In this document: positions 1 through 12,546 of the stretch, in pieces
Layout of the letters: each line of letters begins with the position of its first letter
Position numbering within the stretch: position 1 is the first letter of the stretch
Origin: Yuukianura sp. NJ FZ-2021
Taxonomy: Eukaryota
NCBI GenBank assembly: GCA_046563655.1
Contig: CM102290.1
Location: 10,044,001-10,108,000, forward strand
Length of the DNA stretch: 64,000 nt
Direction: 5' to 3'
Translations under genes and position numbers: made by a program
Notes under the pieces: generated by a model
Seen by the model: the letters and a program-made list of their open reading frames with translations, nothing else
What the model was told of the DNA's origin: nothing
Database searches by the model: none

Positions 1-642
1 GGATAAAAAATTGAATACATTTGACTGTATCAGGATGCAAAACTTTTAAAATTATACAAAGTGAACAATTGTGACGATTCCCAAATTAGGTCGGGAAATC
101 GTGAGAATTTGCTCAAATTTCGAAAATTTCCACCAACGTGCAAAATCTAGTTCAAAGCAAGAAAAACTTAACACGATCACAACACGCACTGTTTACTCTA
201 ATTTCACCATTACACGGAGTCACAAATCAATAGAAACATTTTCTCAGGCAGAAAATATACAAACTTTCTCCTCAAAGCCAAATGTTTTCTCGCTCTCAAG
301 ATCCCATTATTGGGCGGCTCTAAACCTAACAAAAACCAGTACTCAACCTAACTAATCAAAAAGTTAACCCGTCTAAAAATAAATAGCATTGTTTCTGAAA
401 TGCCTGGCCCAGTGCAGATAAAACATTTCAAATTACGATTGTGGTGTAATTTTCAAAAACATATTAAAATTAGGTTTTAGGTTTCCTATATTTCCAACTT
501 TCACAAACAAAAGTTTTCAGTCTTCTTTGCTTTTGAGTGAAATATATTTTTATCATTTGTACCGAGACTGTCTGAAAAGTCAATTTACCCCTCCCCTTAC
601 AACTTATCTAAATTTAAAAAAAAATCAAAATTTTGAACGTAC

Positions 643-2735
643 CTTCTGAAGTCTCTGCTCCAACAAGCATAAATGACAGGGTTCATTCCTAAAATGAAAT
701 ATTATATAAATTTTAAAACAGATATATAAAAATTGTGGTGGGATTTATTTTTTGTTGAGCCCCACCAACCAAAAATTCCTTAATTTGATTTGACATTTTT
801 GTCCCACCTGAGTTGATCCACCCCAGCCACGTAACGATGTCTGTCACAAGCTCCGCCTTATTGAGACACGTCGAACAAAAGCCCGACAGAAGATTGGTGA
901 CAAAGAAAGGCAACCCAGAAGGAAATGAAACAGTTAGGGAAACGTTCTCGTCCAGGACACGACTTTTCCAGAAACTTGGAAAATTTTCAAAAAAATAAAA
1001 ACCGAAAACCGAAAAAGAAAAAAAAAGCGAAAAGAAAGAAGGTCAGACACAAATATGTTATTAAAGTACGCTCCCCACTCGTATTTCTATCCACGCTCTT
1101 CAAAAGAAGTAGAGGTAAAGGTCATGGGGGCGGGATAAATTGAAAATTAGGAAACCGGTGTAGTATCCCATCATCATTCTGACAGCGTCACCACCACAGA
1201 ATTTGGCCAAGCAAAAAGAAGGAACCGGCGAGAGACGGCTCTTCTTCCGCTCTCATTTCGGTGGTGAATGAATTATGGTAATGCCCCACCACTGGACCCA
1301 CCACTCTGTCCGGTTCCAAAACCCAATCACATGGAAATTTCCGTCTTGCCCACTTTCCTGCGTGTCCATTTCACAATATAAACCAATCATAAAGCCTTTA
1401 AGTCTACGCGCGGGGAAAGTCATGCAACAAAAACCGGACTCTCCGACTGTTAGAATGTTTAGATTCTATGTTTCATTACTGAAAAGTTAAAATGTGTTGT
1501 TTAGATTTTTATGCGTTTAATTATTATAGCGTTTAAATGTTAACGTTTTTTCCAAGTCTCTCCCTGCTTTTCGTGTCCTCGACGTGAACATTTGCGTTCG
1601 TGACGCCGTGAGCCACAAATTCTGACCAACAAACAATGAAGACGCCCATGACGATCCCGAGTGTCTTGGCAGCTTTTTTCTCTTTTGCAAATTTAGCCAA
1701 CTTGCGACTAATAGAAAAGTTTTTAAGGTTTTTGGGAACGACACGGACGGAGTTGGTTCTTGGGGAAGCTCCGTTGTCTCCTGATGCCCCCTCCTGACTA
1801 CCCCCGAGCAGTGAGATCTGACCAATTTCCGACTCTTCTGCCGAATTCTGACGACCCCCTGAAGGAACCCTACTCTGATTCGACTGGGATCTCGGAATTT
1901 CTGCTTGTGGTGGAGCAGTAGCCCCGCCGCCACGATGAATTCTTAGCGTCAGTTCGACGTCTCCGTCAGTACAGAGTTTGGAACCTAGTTTGAGACTGCG
2001 CGTTTGTTCCACGGCGGCCTTGTAAATTCGGTAGTACGTGAAGGCCATGAGGAGCAGCGGGCCATAAAAAGAAATGATGGAAGAGAACACGAGGTAGCCA
2101 AGGTCATTGGTGAAGGGGCATGTGAGATCGCGGATTGGGTGGGGCCGAACTGCCCGCCACCATAGAATGGCCGGAAATGATATGAGAGAGGAACAGACCC
2201 AGATGAGGGCGATCAGAATACAAGCACGAGTATTTGTCATGCGCGAAGGGTATGAGAATGGGTCAGTGATGGCCCAGTATCGGTCCAGTGAGATCACGGA
2301 AAGGTGCAGGATGCTGGACGTGGACGCAAGAACGTCCAGTGAGTGCCAAAGGTCACACCAAAACTCACCAAAAATCCAAGTTTTGCCCAGAGTTTCAAAA
2401 ATTGCTTGGAACGGCATCACGACAAGCCCTACGAGACAGTCAGCGACGGCAAGTGACGTGATAAAGTAGTTGGTGACAGAGTGGAGGTAGCGCTCACGAG
2501 CAACAGCTAAAATCACGAGGGAGTTCCCGAACACCGTGGCCGCTGAGAAGCAGGCGAGAATTAGAGCTAATCCCACAGCGTTGAGTGACCCACCGCCGTC
2601 GGTAGCTTCTGTGTCATTTCCTGCTGTGGCGTTCCAGAAGGTCAAGTTGAGGTCAAATGAGTCAAAGGACTCAAAGGAGTTGGAGCCTTCCTGCTCACTG
2701 GACAAGAAGTCTCCTGGATCACTTTCACCGGCCAT
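643..2735 (-). CDS. Dop1R2: Invertebrate-type dopamine receptor (Dop1R2/DAMB/INDR-like class A GPCR), 3'-partial. Exons 2735-1627, 914-808, 688-643; last exon(s) lie left of the window
   Basis: The translation has TM1 GN, TM2 LAVAD, TM3 DVLASTSSILHLSVISLDRY (amine-binding Asp and DRY), TM5 SSIISFY, ICL3 KFAKEKKAAKTLGIVMGVFIVCW|LPFF and TM7 WLGWINSG|MNPVIYACWSRDFRR, all typical of the Dop1R2/INDR clade. First ATG at 2735 with an in-frame TGA upstream. Exon phases are consistent, but the acceptor at 916-915 reads GG (see findings). Confidence 0.88.
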
Positions 2736-2807
2736 TACATCTTCGTCCTCTACCACTCAAAACTTTTCCGAAATCCTTCATGGGTTAATGGGTCAACTTT
2801 TGAAGGA

Positions 2808-3060
2808 TAAAAACTATCACCAACGACGGGCTAGGGTGAAAACTGTTACAATGACGAGTCAACCAGCGTTAAAAAACAAGCACAATAGACAAGCTAATGG
2901 TCTAAAACTATCACAAACGACAAGTCCAGGTCAAAAACTAGTGTGAATCACGGCCAAAGGTGAAAAATATGACGAGTCACGGTCAGAACTATCACGAACG
3001 TAGAATCAAAATTCAAAACAATCATGAGTCACAAGAATAAGTCAAAAACTATCACGAGTT
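2808..3060. repeat. Degenerate ~30-nt tandem repeat upstream of the Dop1R2 start codon
   Basis: AACTATCAC recurs near 2812, 2907, 2987 and 3047, interleaved with GACGAGTCA-like and GGTCAAAAACT-like variants. Confidence 0.5.
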
Positions 3061-6000
3061 CTAGAGATCAACTCTGCAAACACGAATTCCAACAAGCAAC
3101 ACTGAACTTGTCCGTCACTTTTTTTTCCAGCGTCACACACTAGATCAGAGGTCAGTGACCTTACAGGTCACGGCAGGAGAGAATTGTCTTCTGGAAAATT
3201 CAGTCTCTCAAACCTGAAAGTTTTATGCAACTTTTATGTGGAATTGAACCGAAGACCACCTTCGTGTTATGTCAAAACTGTCGGTCCGAAGAGTGAACAC
3301 GGACACTTTTTTTTAATCAAACCGCAGCCGTTTCCCCGTGGGGGAACGAACACACGGAAGTAGGAGAAAATCGTAGAACTGTCAAGTAATTAGTTTTGAC
3401 AACACTGAATTTGAGATAAGTGACGCCAATAATACTCTAGACACGAGACGAGGCCACCAAAATGTCAACACTTTGCCATCTAAGTTGTATTAGAATTGGT
3501 CACTAATAGTCCACCCATGTATTGAGAGCTTCTTTTTTGGCTATTGCCGTAACGTGGACTTATCACTGTCGATAGTCACCTTCTGAACACTCTACGCTTT
3601 AATTGTTTTGGTACAATTAGAATGAATTGAAGAAGAGTGTTTGGGCAAGGATTATTAGGAGGGCAGATAGCGTCAAGACTCCAATTATCTTCACACCTCA
3701 AGGTGTCAAGTGGGATTAAGTGGTGGCAGGAACGTCAAAGGCCAAAACATGCTCTGATTCTGACAAACCCAGCACCTAGCTTTTGTCTTGAGTGGTGACT
3801 CTGGAAGTAGTCGTGTCCAAAAGTAGTACTAAAGAGATGCGTGTTGTCGGAGCGTCAGAGACCAACTGACGACGGACGGTGAAGAAGGTGAGGCTAAGTG
3901 TTCCTCTGAGAGTTTAGGTTTTGGGGAAAGTCGGAAGATGAAGATGGGCTTTCACTGTCGTCACCCCGTGGCAGTAGCAAAGGGAGGAAGAGCTCCTTCA
4001 CCTGTAATTAGTTGACACGAGTAACTGAGCCCAGAGTCATGCGGAGGTTTTTTAGGAGGTACACTTTGGTGCAGAATTGACAACTTGTTGTAATCAGGAG
4101 ATGAATCTCAATTTGTGACAACAAAAGGCCGAGTCCCTGCCTCCGAGAGTCTAATTTAAAATGGAGATGCGATGGCAGATGCTGTCGTGGGATCCTGCGA
4201 CTAGGACCACTGACTAGTACTCCAAACAGCAGCCACGGCAAATCCACTTCTTCCCCTGGAAGTTGACCCCATTTAACCCACACACTCTCCAACACTTGCC
4301 TTCCAACAATAAACCACAAACACCAATCCCGCCATTTTCAAAATCCCACAATTACACAACCACCTCCCCTGTCAACAACGTCCTAGTCATGCACGGGAAT
4401 TCCCCGGGTCAACTTACTAACCATTTTTAACTAGCATAAACATTACAAACTAACTTAAAGGACAAACCTACTAACTTGAAATTTAACAAAAACATGATCA
4501 CCCTAACTCTAACCCAATCGGAAGAAAACAAAAATTGAGAGCAGCACTTGAGATTAAACCTTTTCGACTGAAAAGTTGAAACAGAAAAGCAGAAAAATGA
4601 AAATGAGACACTGAAAATGAAAAGAAATCGGAAAACGAAAATGATAACTTGAAAACTAAAGCTGAACCCTGAAAATTTGAAAAATGTGGAGTTGAACCCA
4701 TTAATGTCAGTAGCGCAGATGAGTTGGTAGTGAACCAGAGTCGTTCCAACATATTTCGTTTATGTTTACACAACTTGTGCAACTCAAAAATTGCTTCGAG
4801 TGCAAGGATAGTGCAAAGTCTTAAAATATCCCTGTTATTGTTTGTTCTCAACAGTGTCTCGTCGTATAGATTCTCATCATCCTATCGAAAACATAAATCA
4901 ATTCACCAAACCCTCAATTTCATTCATGAATTTTGACTTTTGACAAGGCTACTTCCACTTCCACTGACACACGAATTCGAAAGAGAAAACGGCGTCTTTT
5001 CAATTTTCTCGTTTAAAAAAGTGGGCCCGGTAGTGCAATTTAGACAGAAGAAAAAAAAACTAAAGGTTAGAATTTTATATAGCTTCACACAAAATTCACT
5101 TTTGCAAGAAAAATCTCCCGCAACGCGAAAAATTCCTTTCCCTAAAATTTTTAAATTCTAAATTCCCGGAGAAAAAGATTGACGGTAAAAATGTTTTCTT
5201 CATTTAATTTCCGAGAAAATCGACTTAATTTTTTTCAGTTTCGAAAACAGTTTTTTTTAGATCATGTCTAAGCCAGGTTCGGGGAGAATTGTTAAGTTTT
5301 GAAAATGGATTTTGAAAAGGCGTTAAGGTGCCGGAATTGTCTGGCTGGTGAGAGACAAGGAATCTGTTTGAAAGGTTTTTTGGGTGGAAGAGCGATTGCC
5401 AAAGTTTTTTGAAAGTGTTGATTTATTCTTTTGGGTTGAAGTTGACTGGAGATTCGCACCTGGTTCCAGGGATGTTCGCTTTGTTTGCTCAACGGTATTG
5501 TAACATACCTCTTCCCCCTCCAAGGTTATACTTTTCAAACAGTACTGTCAGCATCAGCAGCATAAATCCCCCAATCTTCCACAGACTCCACAAGCCGCAC
5601 CATCAAATTATTTCCAGCGAAATGGAGCACCAACCACCTCACTCTTGGAATTCATTGACCACAATCTCCATTCAATCCCACTCTTCGCACCCATGAACCA
5701 CAAAAAAAAAACTATACGCTCCAATTTATTTCATCCCGATTAGTCACTCGTTCTGGAATTTTGAATTTTCCCCTCGAATTTAGGATTTTTTGAATTTGGA
5801 CTTTTTTTTGGTCTGAATTGCCTTAACCATAGGAAGGGAATTGACCTCTGACCTGGTCATAAACCTAAGCGTGTGTGACTCAAGTAATAACTTGAAACAA
5901 AGGAACTGTTGTTGGACATCACAGGAGGAGATCGTAACAGGGTGAAAGTTAGTGGCGTGGTTGTGCTAGAAATAAACAGGATGAATGTAGGCCCTGCCAT

Positions 6001-6376
6001 AGCACTTCAGTAGCAGACTCTGCCACCAAAAATAAACTAGTAATCGCAGAATTCAGACGGGCAGCTCACTTTCCCTCAGAAAATTACGACCGCAACGCTG
6101 CAACAGCTTCTCGCCTCTCGCTGCCTTCAAAAACCCACAAATAAGCATTGGTCAGAGACCTATGCCTTCGCCTCTCTACCAGAGACTGGTTGAAGTAAGG
6201 CCGTCGCAAAATAATGTACCCTGGCCTGACATGACACATTCCTTAAGATAAAGTCATCCGAACAAAATTCTCATTGCAATGGAGTTGAATTTTGATTCAT
6301 AACCGAGGGTGGGTACAAGGAAGCGGCGGCTTTACTTGAACCTGCGGAAGAAAATGGGTACGTACCTTATTAAGCT

Positions 6377-9300
6377 CTACTCCAGCCCAAATCCCTCGGC
6401 ATTGGAAATGGCAATGATGAGTTTCCGTTTCAGAACCTCTTTGGACGGGTATTCTGGCAAAATCAGTTGATTGAAGCAAGTGTGAGCCTCTGGTAAGTTT
6501 TCTTCACGGTCACGCATACGTGAAATCTGAAAACAAACCAACTTTTCTTGAATTTTTCTGTTTTGTCAAAAATGTTATTTTTCGTGCCACTCATTGTCAG
6601 AATAAGATTTATAAGTTACAAACTAACACACCTTGAAGTACATTTCTCCCATCCCACCAACCGGGATTCGATCGCTCCCTGTTGTGAACAGAAGAAACTT
6701 CTTCTGGAGTTCGAGCGGAAGGGACGTGAGAACGGACCAGAAATCTCTGTGGAAAGAACACCATTTTGAATTTCGTAGGATTTCGAACATTAGTCTTCGT
6801 GACTGACGGATTAAAATGGTGTTCTGCCGAAGAGTCACTTACTGAATCACCCTGTCATCAGGTCGATACTCATCGTACTCGGTCACTTTCCGAAGTTCAT
6901 GCAAATCCAGTGTGGGGGATCCACAGACAAGCATCTCCACCTCTTCTGGTCTCAGCATCTGTCAAGGAGGCCAGGATTAGTAGAGACACAAAGAAGCCGT
7001 GGGAGAAGAGGGGCTTAGGCGCCTAATGAAAACTTATTTGAATTTGTTCTTTACGATGAGAGCGTTGGAGGCTGTCACAGAGTGGAATCCAAGGTAGAAG
7101 GCACGGAACTGAGCGTAGATCGCCGTGTTGAGTACCCAGTCCAAGTACAGTCGAACGTACTCGTCACGATTGCTGTTGCTCACCAGAATCTGCTCTCCAT
7201 TTTCTTTCAAATTGTACGTCATGATCCGATCGTACTCTTGAAGAGATGCCTACAATCAGACAAAACACATTCGTCACTCATTTACTCTGCTTATTTTCTC
7301 AAAACAAGCAACTTTTCCAAAACTCCACATTCAAAAGTTCCAGTTTAGGTTAAGTCTTCAATTTTTTGGAAAAACAAAGTTTTTTGTTCTCAAACCTGAA
7401 AAGTTAGACTCATGTCATCCTCGACACATCCTTCGTATTTGAGTAATTCCTTCAGACCGTGAGCCACATCCTAAGAAACAAAAAACGAATTGCTCAAGTT
7501 GAAGTTGACACTTTTGTGCGTGGAAAGTGATCGCAAAAGTGAAAAGGTCGGAATGAAAAATCGCATGATAAAAAGATCACCCACATTAAATGGCCAGATT
7601 TTTTTTTTTCAAAATTTTTAAAATTGCAATTTTTCTGTAACCTTTTTCCCTGCGATTTTTTCAGTTTTAACCAAATTATTCCTATTACATGGAACCCTCT
7701 TGTGTGTTTTTTTTAATTTTACCGGCATGATTTCTGCCAAGTCTTCAATGGATGGATCTCTCGTCACTCCCACTGCAGCACTGTCCAAAGATGGCACCAC
7801 CGGCGGAGACAGCAACTTCCGATAACAAATTGACGGGAAATGCAAATCCAGAATAATCGAGTTGTATACAGCTAAACCCATTAGAACGCCTGGGAAAAAA
7901 TGTATTGTTATATAATTATTTTTAAAACCGTGGTAATCTTTCAAGCAATTACCAATTAGGTTGTACTCTCGCAAGCTGCCTTGCTGTGCCAAACTGAACC
8001 AGTAGCACCGAGAATTCGGATAGTAGACAAACATTCCATATTCAGGCTGCAAAAACACGAAAGAGAAAGTGACCCTGTGTTTTGATCAAAAATTAATTTT
8101 TTAGTGCTAACCTGAAAAATGTCTCGGATCAGAAGCAGAAACCACTCTTTCGTGAGGCCGCCCATATCAAGTCCTGGTTCTCCTACGAATGACACGCGCA
8201 GCTTCTTCTTCAAGTCCTTCTGCTTCGTAGCAATCTACCAAACACAACAAACCAAGATAACGTCACGTTACAGAGACTCAGAACTTGGTTAAAAAAATAC
8301 AAATACTGCGCATGTGTAAAGCTTCCTGGGAACTCACTTCTTTGAGAGAGTCGCCCACCAAGTGATTCCGTCTGACGTGGATGTTGAGGAAGAAAATGTC
8401 GATCTGCGGAGTTTGATGTCGAGCTACTTTAGCCACCAGGGAGCGTCTTGCCACTAGAATCATTTGGTGCTCAGCGTCCTTCGTCAGAATGATGCGTTTC
8501 GCAACAATACTAAGCATGAAGGGATACTGACAAAACTAAAAACAAACAAAAGCCATTTGATTAGTATGTTTTTGGAATTGAATTAAGAATTTGACCTTTG
8601 ACGAGGCAATCTTACCGAAAACTGACCAGCACGCTCGGGACTTGGAGCTTGCCAAGTCCAGTAAGACTGAAACGTAAAAAATTGTTCGGCTCTTAACTCA
8701 TTGGATACAAACTTACCTTCTCATCCAAATAAAAATGTAATGAAAATACTAAGTTGAATAGAATACCTGCATCAAATCAACATGGTCCAGTGCACTGTTG
8801 TAGAATTCGGTGTAGTGGAGAAGGGCCGGATGACCACCATTATTCGCAGCATCTGCAAAAATTGCACACACAGGGAATAACATTTTCAAAAAACGACAAC
8901 CAAGAATGTAAAAAATAGTTTTAAAAATGCTTCGTACTTAGGAGAGCCAGAACTCTGGCAGCAGCAGGAATCCACCATTTGGATTTTGAAAGTGGTGGCA
9001 GTGTTCGATCAGCTGGCGGAAATTGACGAATGGTTACAAACTGAGTCAGTTGACGCACAAGCATGCGAAGACGCCCAACTTCCAACCTACAAAAACCAAA
9101 CGGACATAACTTTGACATTTCTAAATATGAAAATGTAGGAACATTTGGAAGATGTTGACGTCCTTACAGTCTAAACCAGTGCACAAGCATTTGGTGATCA
9201 GTGTTAGGGAGAGAAGTGATGTGTCGCAGGACATGGGCCAACACAGTGTATGACGACTGTGCATTGAATATCGGATTTTGCAAAATCACAAAAAGAGCTC

Positions 9301-11142
9301 GTACTTTATCCTTGGCATACAACCTGAAATTCAAAAAGATGTAGTAAAGAATGCAAAAATTGTGATGCTTTTTTAGTTTTCCTCACTTTCTTTTTTCATC
9401 CAGAAGCGCATTGACAATGGACTTCAGAACAGTTTTCTGGACCACTGATGGCTGAAATTAAAAAGTTCGTTTTTCAAAATTTTTAAAACAAAGTTTAGTT
9501 GAAATCGTGAATTCATTACACTTAGTAACGTAGCTAAAACAATTACCGAGTTTCTAAGCGTATCATTCACAGAGTAAATAAATTCCATGTTCAAATGTGG
9601 ATCCTGTATGAGATAGGCCTGACGATCCATTCCTTCTTCCAGCTCTGTTGACTTGGCCTGTGATAAGGATTTTTTAGTCAAATGTTTATGTATACAAAAA
9701 TAACATAGTATTAAAATTGAAATGTTTTTCATCAGTGTTTGTTAAAACTTTTAAACACTTTCATGTGAGCGTCTTACTCTAAAAGTTGAGCAAATGTCAG
9801 CATAGGACTCGAAAGTTCTTCCGTAGAAGCGCAAAAGCTCTCCATAGTTCCCACTTTGAGTTGCGTGTCTAACAGCTTCCCTGAAACCAAAAGTCTTTTA
9901 CAACCCAGCAACGTTTCAATTAATTAATGAACTAAAATAATTTATTTGACTGTGACCTTACAGGAAATCTTCTCTGTTTGTTTCCTGGTCATTGGTCGTG
10001 TATCGCAAAAGAAGCTGTTCAGCCACTTCACCCAAACCACCATCACTTCCTACTCCCTCTTCACTCATTTGCATCTCGAACCGTGGGTCTCTGTCCTGCA
10101 AAAAAAAATCAGGCCAAGGTCAAAATATAAAAAAAAATGCTGAATGCTGGGTTCGAACCAGTGCTTTCTCCAATCCCTGCCTTACCCGTCACCACTTAGC
10201 AAGCACTTGAAACCTAATGAAATGAGGGAGGAGCTGTGACAATTATTGGTGGAATCCAAAATATTGGGAATTCTCCACGTGATTTAAAAGTGTCAAAAAA
10301 TGGAAAATTTTGAAAATGGAGGGGGAAAATAAATAATTGTATGAATTAGCGACAAAGTTCGCTTGCTCTGGTCCGATTGCACAACTGAACTGGAAGTGCG
10401 AATATGGACATAGGGATGTCATGGGATGGCCTGTTGTCAGTGCCGTTTCCCTGACAACGCCACCCACAACACAACCCAGAAAGTGACCAAAAGTGAAGAA
10501 GAAGTTGGTGAAGAGTCCATTTTTTGAATTGAATTTACAAATGATTGATGAGGAGGAATGACGACGAAAATAAATGTTTGGTGACGAGAAAGCGATCGAT
10601 AGACTCACCTTGGCCAGTCTTGGAAGGGAATTGCAGGACACTGAAGAATCCGGGCGAAACATAATACCGTCAGGAATTCCAACACGGACACCTCCAAGGC
10701 GACCCACGAACAAACCTCCGAGTCCACTGCTTCCACCTCCATTTTCCTAATTTACAACAAACATACATCGCGTGACCTCAAAACAAGCGGCATCAAACTT
10801 TTTCTTAAACTTTCAAATTCAAGAACCCATTTGAATTCTCAACAACTTTTATAAGTTGGAAAAAAAAGCAATGACCTTTGACGTTTTGCTTATGCTTACC
10901 TGAGGAAGTCTCATCTGCTGTATTTGGTCACGTCCATTCGGAGCAGCTCGGATTCGAGCATCATGCTGATTATAGGTGGCTCTGCAGTATGGACACACCA
11001 ACCGTCGTCGTGATTCCAAGCTCCGACCCATGGTCACCGTAACATGACACGACGGACAAGTGATGGATTCACTGCGAGCTGTGTTTGTCACCCCAGAAGC
11101 TCCGCCCCCTCTCACGTCGGAGCCCATCGGATCTTCGGCCAT
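6377..11142 (-). CDS. HECTD2: HECT-domain E3 ubiquitin ligase HECTD2, multi-exon
   Basis: Spliced exons give [90 protein letters not shown] and [11 protein letters not shown]...[10 protein letters not shown] (catalytic Cys codon 6478-6476; stop 6379-6377). The N-terminal exon 11142-10900 carries a CxxC...CxxC motif. The GT-AG junctions I checked are in phase. The start codon is less certain than the HECT part. Confidence 0.9.
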
Positions 11143-11881
11143 CACAAGTGCAGGACGCTGTTGGACAAAATTGTTTTTAAATTCATTTACAAAAAATAGA
11201 TGCTGTTTGCTCAATAAAATAAACTTACGAGGAGGATAAGTCTGGGAAGTGGTGGGAATAGTAATTCCCAATTCCAGGAAGAGGCATCCATGCCCTTTGA
11301 CCCTGATTGACGAAAGCCCTTTAGAATTCAGTGACTGAACATCAGAAGGACTGTCCCCAGTCACTTCTGGAACTCAAATGATGAAGAAGAGACAAGAAGG
11401 GCAGTGGACGTCCAATGTGTTGTCACATCGAGTGTCGCCAAGCCAACTGTAAACTCTCTCGTCTTCAGCTTGCTAAAAATCGATGTTAGGAACCTTGCAT
11501 AACAAATCTATTCTGGACACGAGAAGAGCTGAAAATAAAATATAAACAGGTTGATCGTTCTCCTTGCTTTAATTAATTTCTTGATTTTTTTTAAATAAAA
11601 ATTATTAACTTAACTAACCTATTTTTACCGCTTACTACAGAACCTTACCATTTACTACAACTTACTACAGAAAGTTAGGTATGAAATATTAGGTAGTTTG
11701 GTAGGAAACTAAAGAAACATAGGTTAGTTTGTCAAGCTAACTAACCATAATCAAAGAAAGTTGTTGGGCTAGCAGCTACCCCAACTTTTTATACATTATG
11801 ATTAGTTTAGTTAGTGATTCGGAGTAGCTGAATTAACCTAACCTTAACTGCTTACAACGTCGCTCTACAGTTTTCTTGAAA

Positions 11882-12546
11882 AGGTACGGCAGCAAAGCAT
11901 CAACGGCTTATTCGAATAACAGCTATGAGCTAGCCGCAATGCCAACTACGAGTGCCAGATCGTATCTGCCAATGTGGGACAGATTTTGAAATGGGTGGGG
12001 CCACAACACCGAGAGGCGCCATTTCCCGGCAGAAGAAGTCTATTCCAACACATTGAGTCCTACCAACCACTGTCGCCTAACGACGCAGACCAGCAGAAAA
12101 AAACATCCATTCTGGTACACTGTAGCATTCGATGTTCCGTGACGCAAACTATCCGCCGCAACTAACTCGCTAGGAATCATCGTAATGATTGACCACGAGA
12201 GAGAATCTCCACTCCCAATCGACAGTGGAGGTCCCACGTAGCGAGGCATGACGACGATTCCCATCGAATGAGCTGCGACGAAAGATCGCGACATGGCAAA
12301 TACTTCAATGTAGCATCAAGGATGCTGTCTTCAAGTTGGTTTGAGTTGTGAGCCGAAAGGAATTGGTGGGAAGTCAATGCATCGCAATAGAATGCCACTT
12401 CTTGAAATGACGCTGCCGACGTTGTCACCGCCACCCAAGTCAAAATCAATACCATATTGGTAGTTACGATCCTGCAATCATAGCCGCCATTACGGAGAGC
12501 CGTTAGTCGTTATTCGAACATGCCGCTGATGCTCAGCTCCGTACCT
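11882..12546 (-). ncRNA. Candidate long hairpin RNA: ~330-nt imperfect inverted arms around a 10-nt loop (12214-12223)
   Basis: 11882-12213 aligns with the reverse complement of 12224-12546 along its whole length (e.g. AGGTACGG, TTCGAATAAC, GATCGTA, GATTTTGA, TCTATT, CATTGA, GGAATC, CTCCACT). Mismatches mostly give G:U pairs on the minus strand. There is no transcript evidence. Confidence 0.55.

Noticed and set aside
2107..2946. Plus-strand ORFs over the dopamine receptor, and similar antisense ORFs over MYCBP2 and the nested gene
   Set aside because: Shadow ORFs on the opposite strand of real coding exons.
12059..12094. Apparent synonymous-codon pattern between hairpin arms (PTNHCRLTTQTS versus PTNSFRLTTQTN), suggesting an inverted gene duplicate
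   Set aside because: Both frames hit stops soon after, single-base indels flank the block, and another aligned block shows no 3-nt periodicity.
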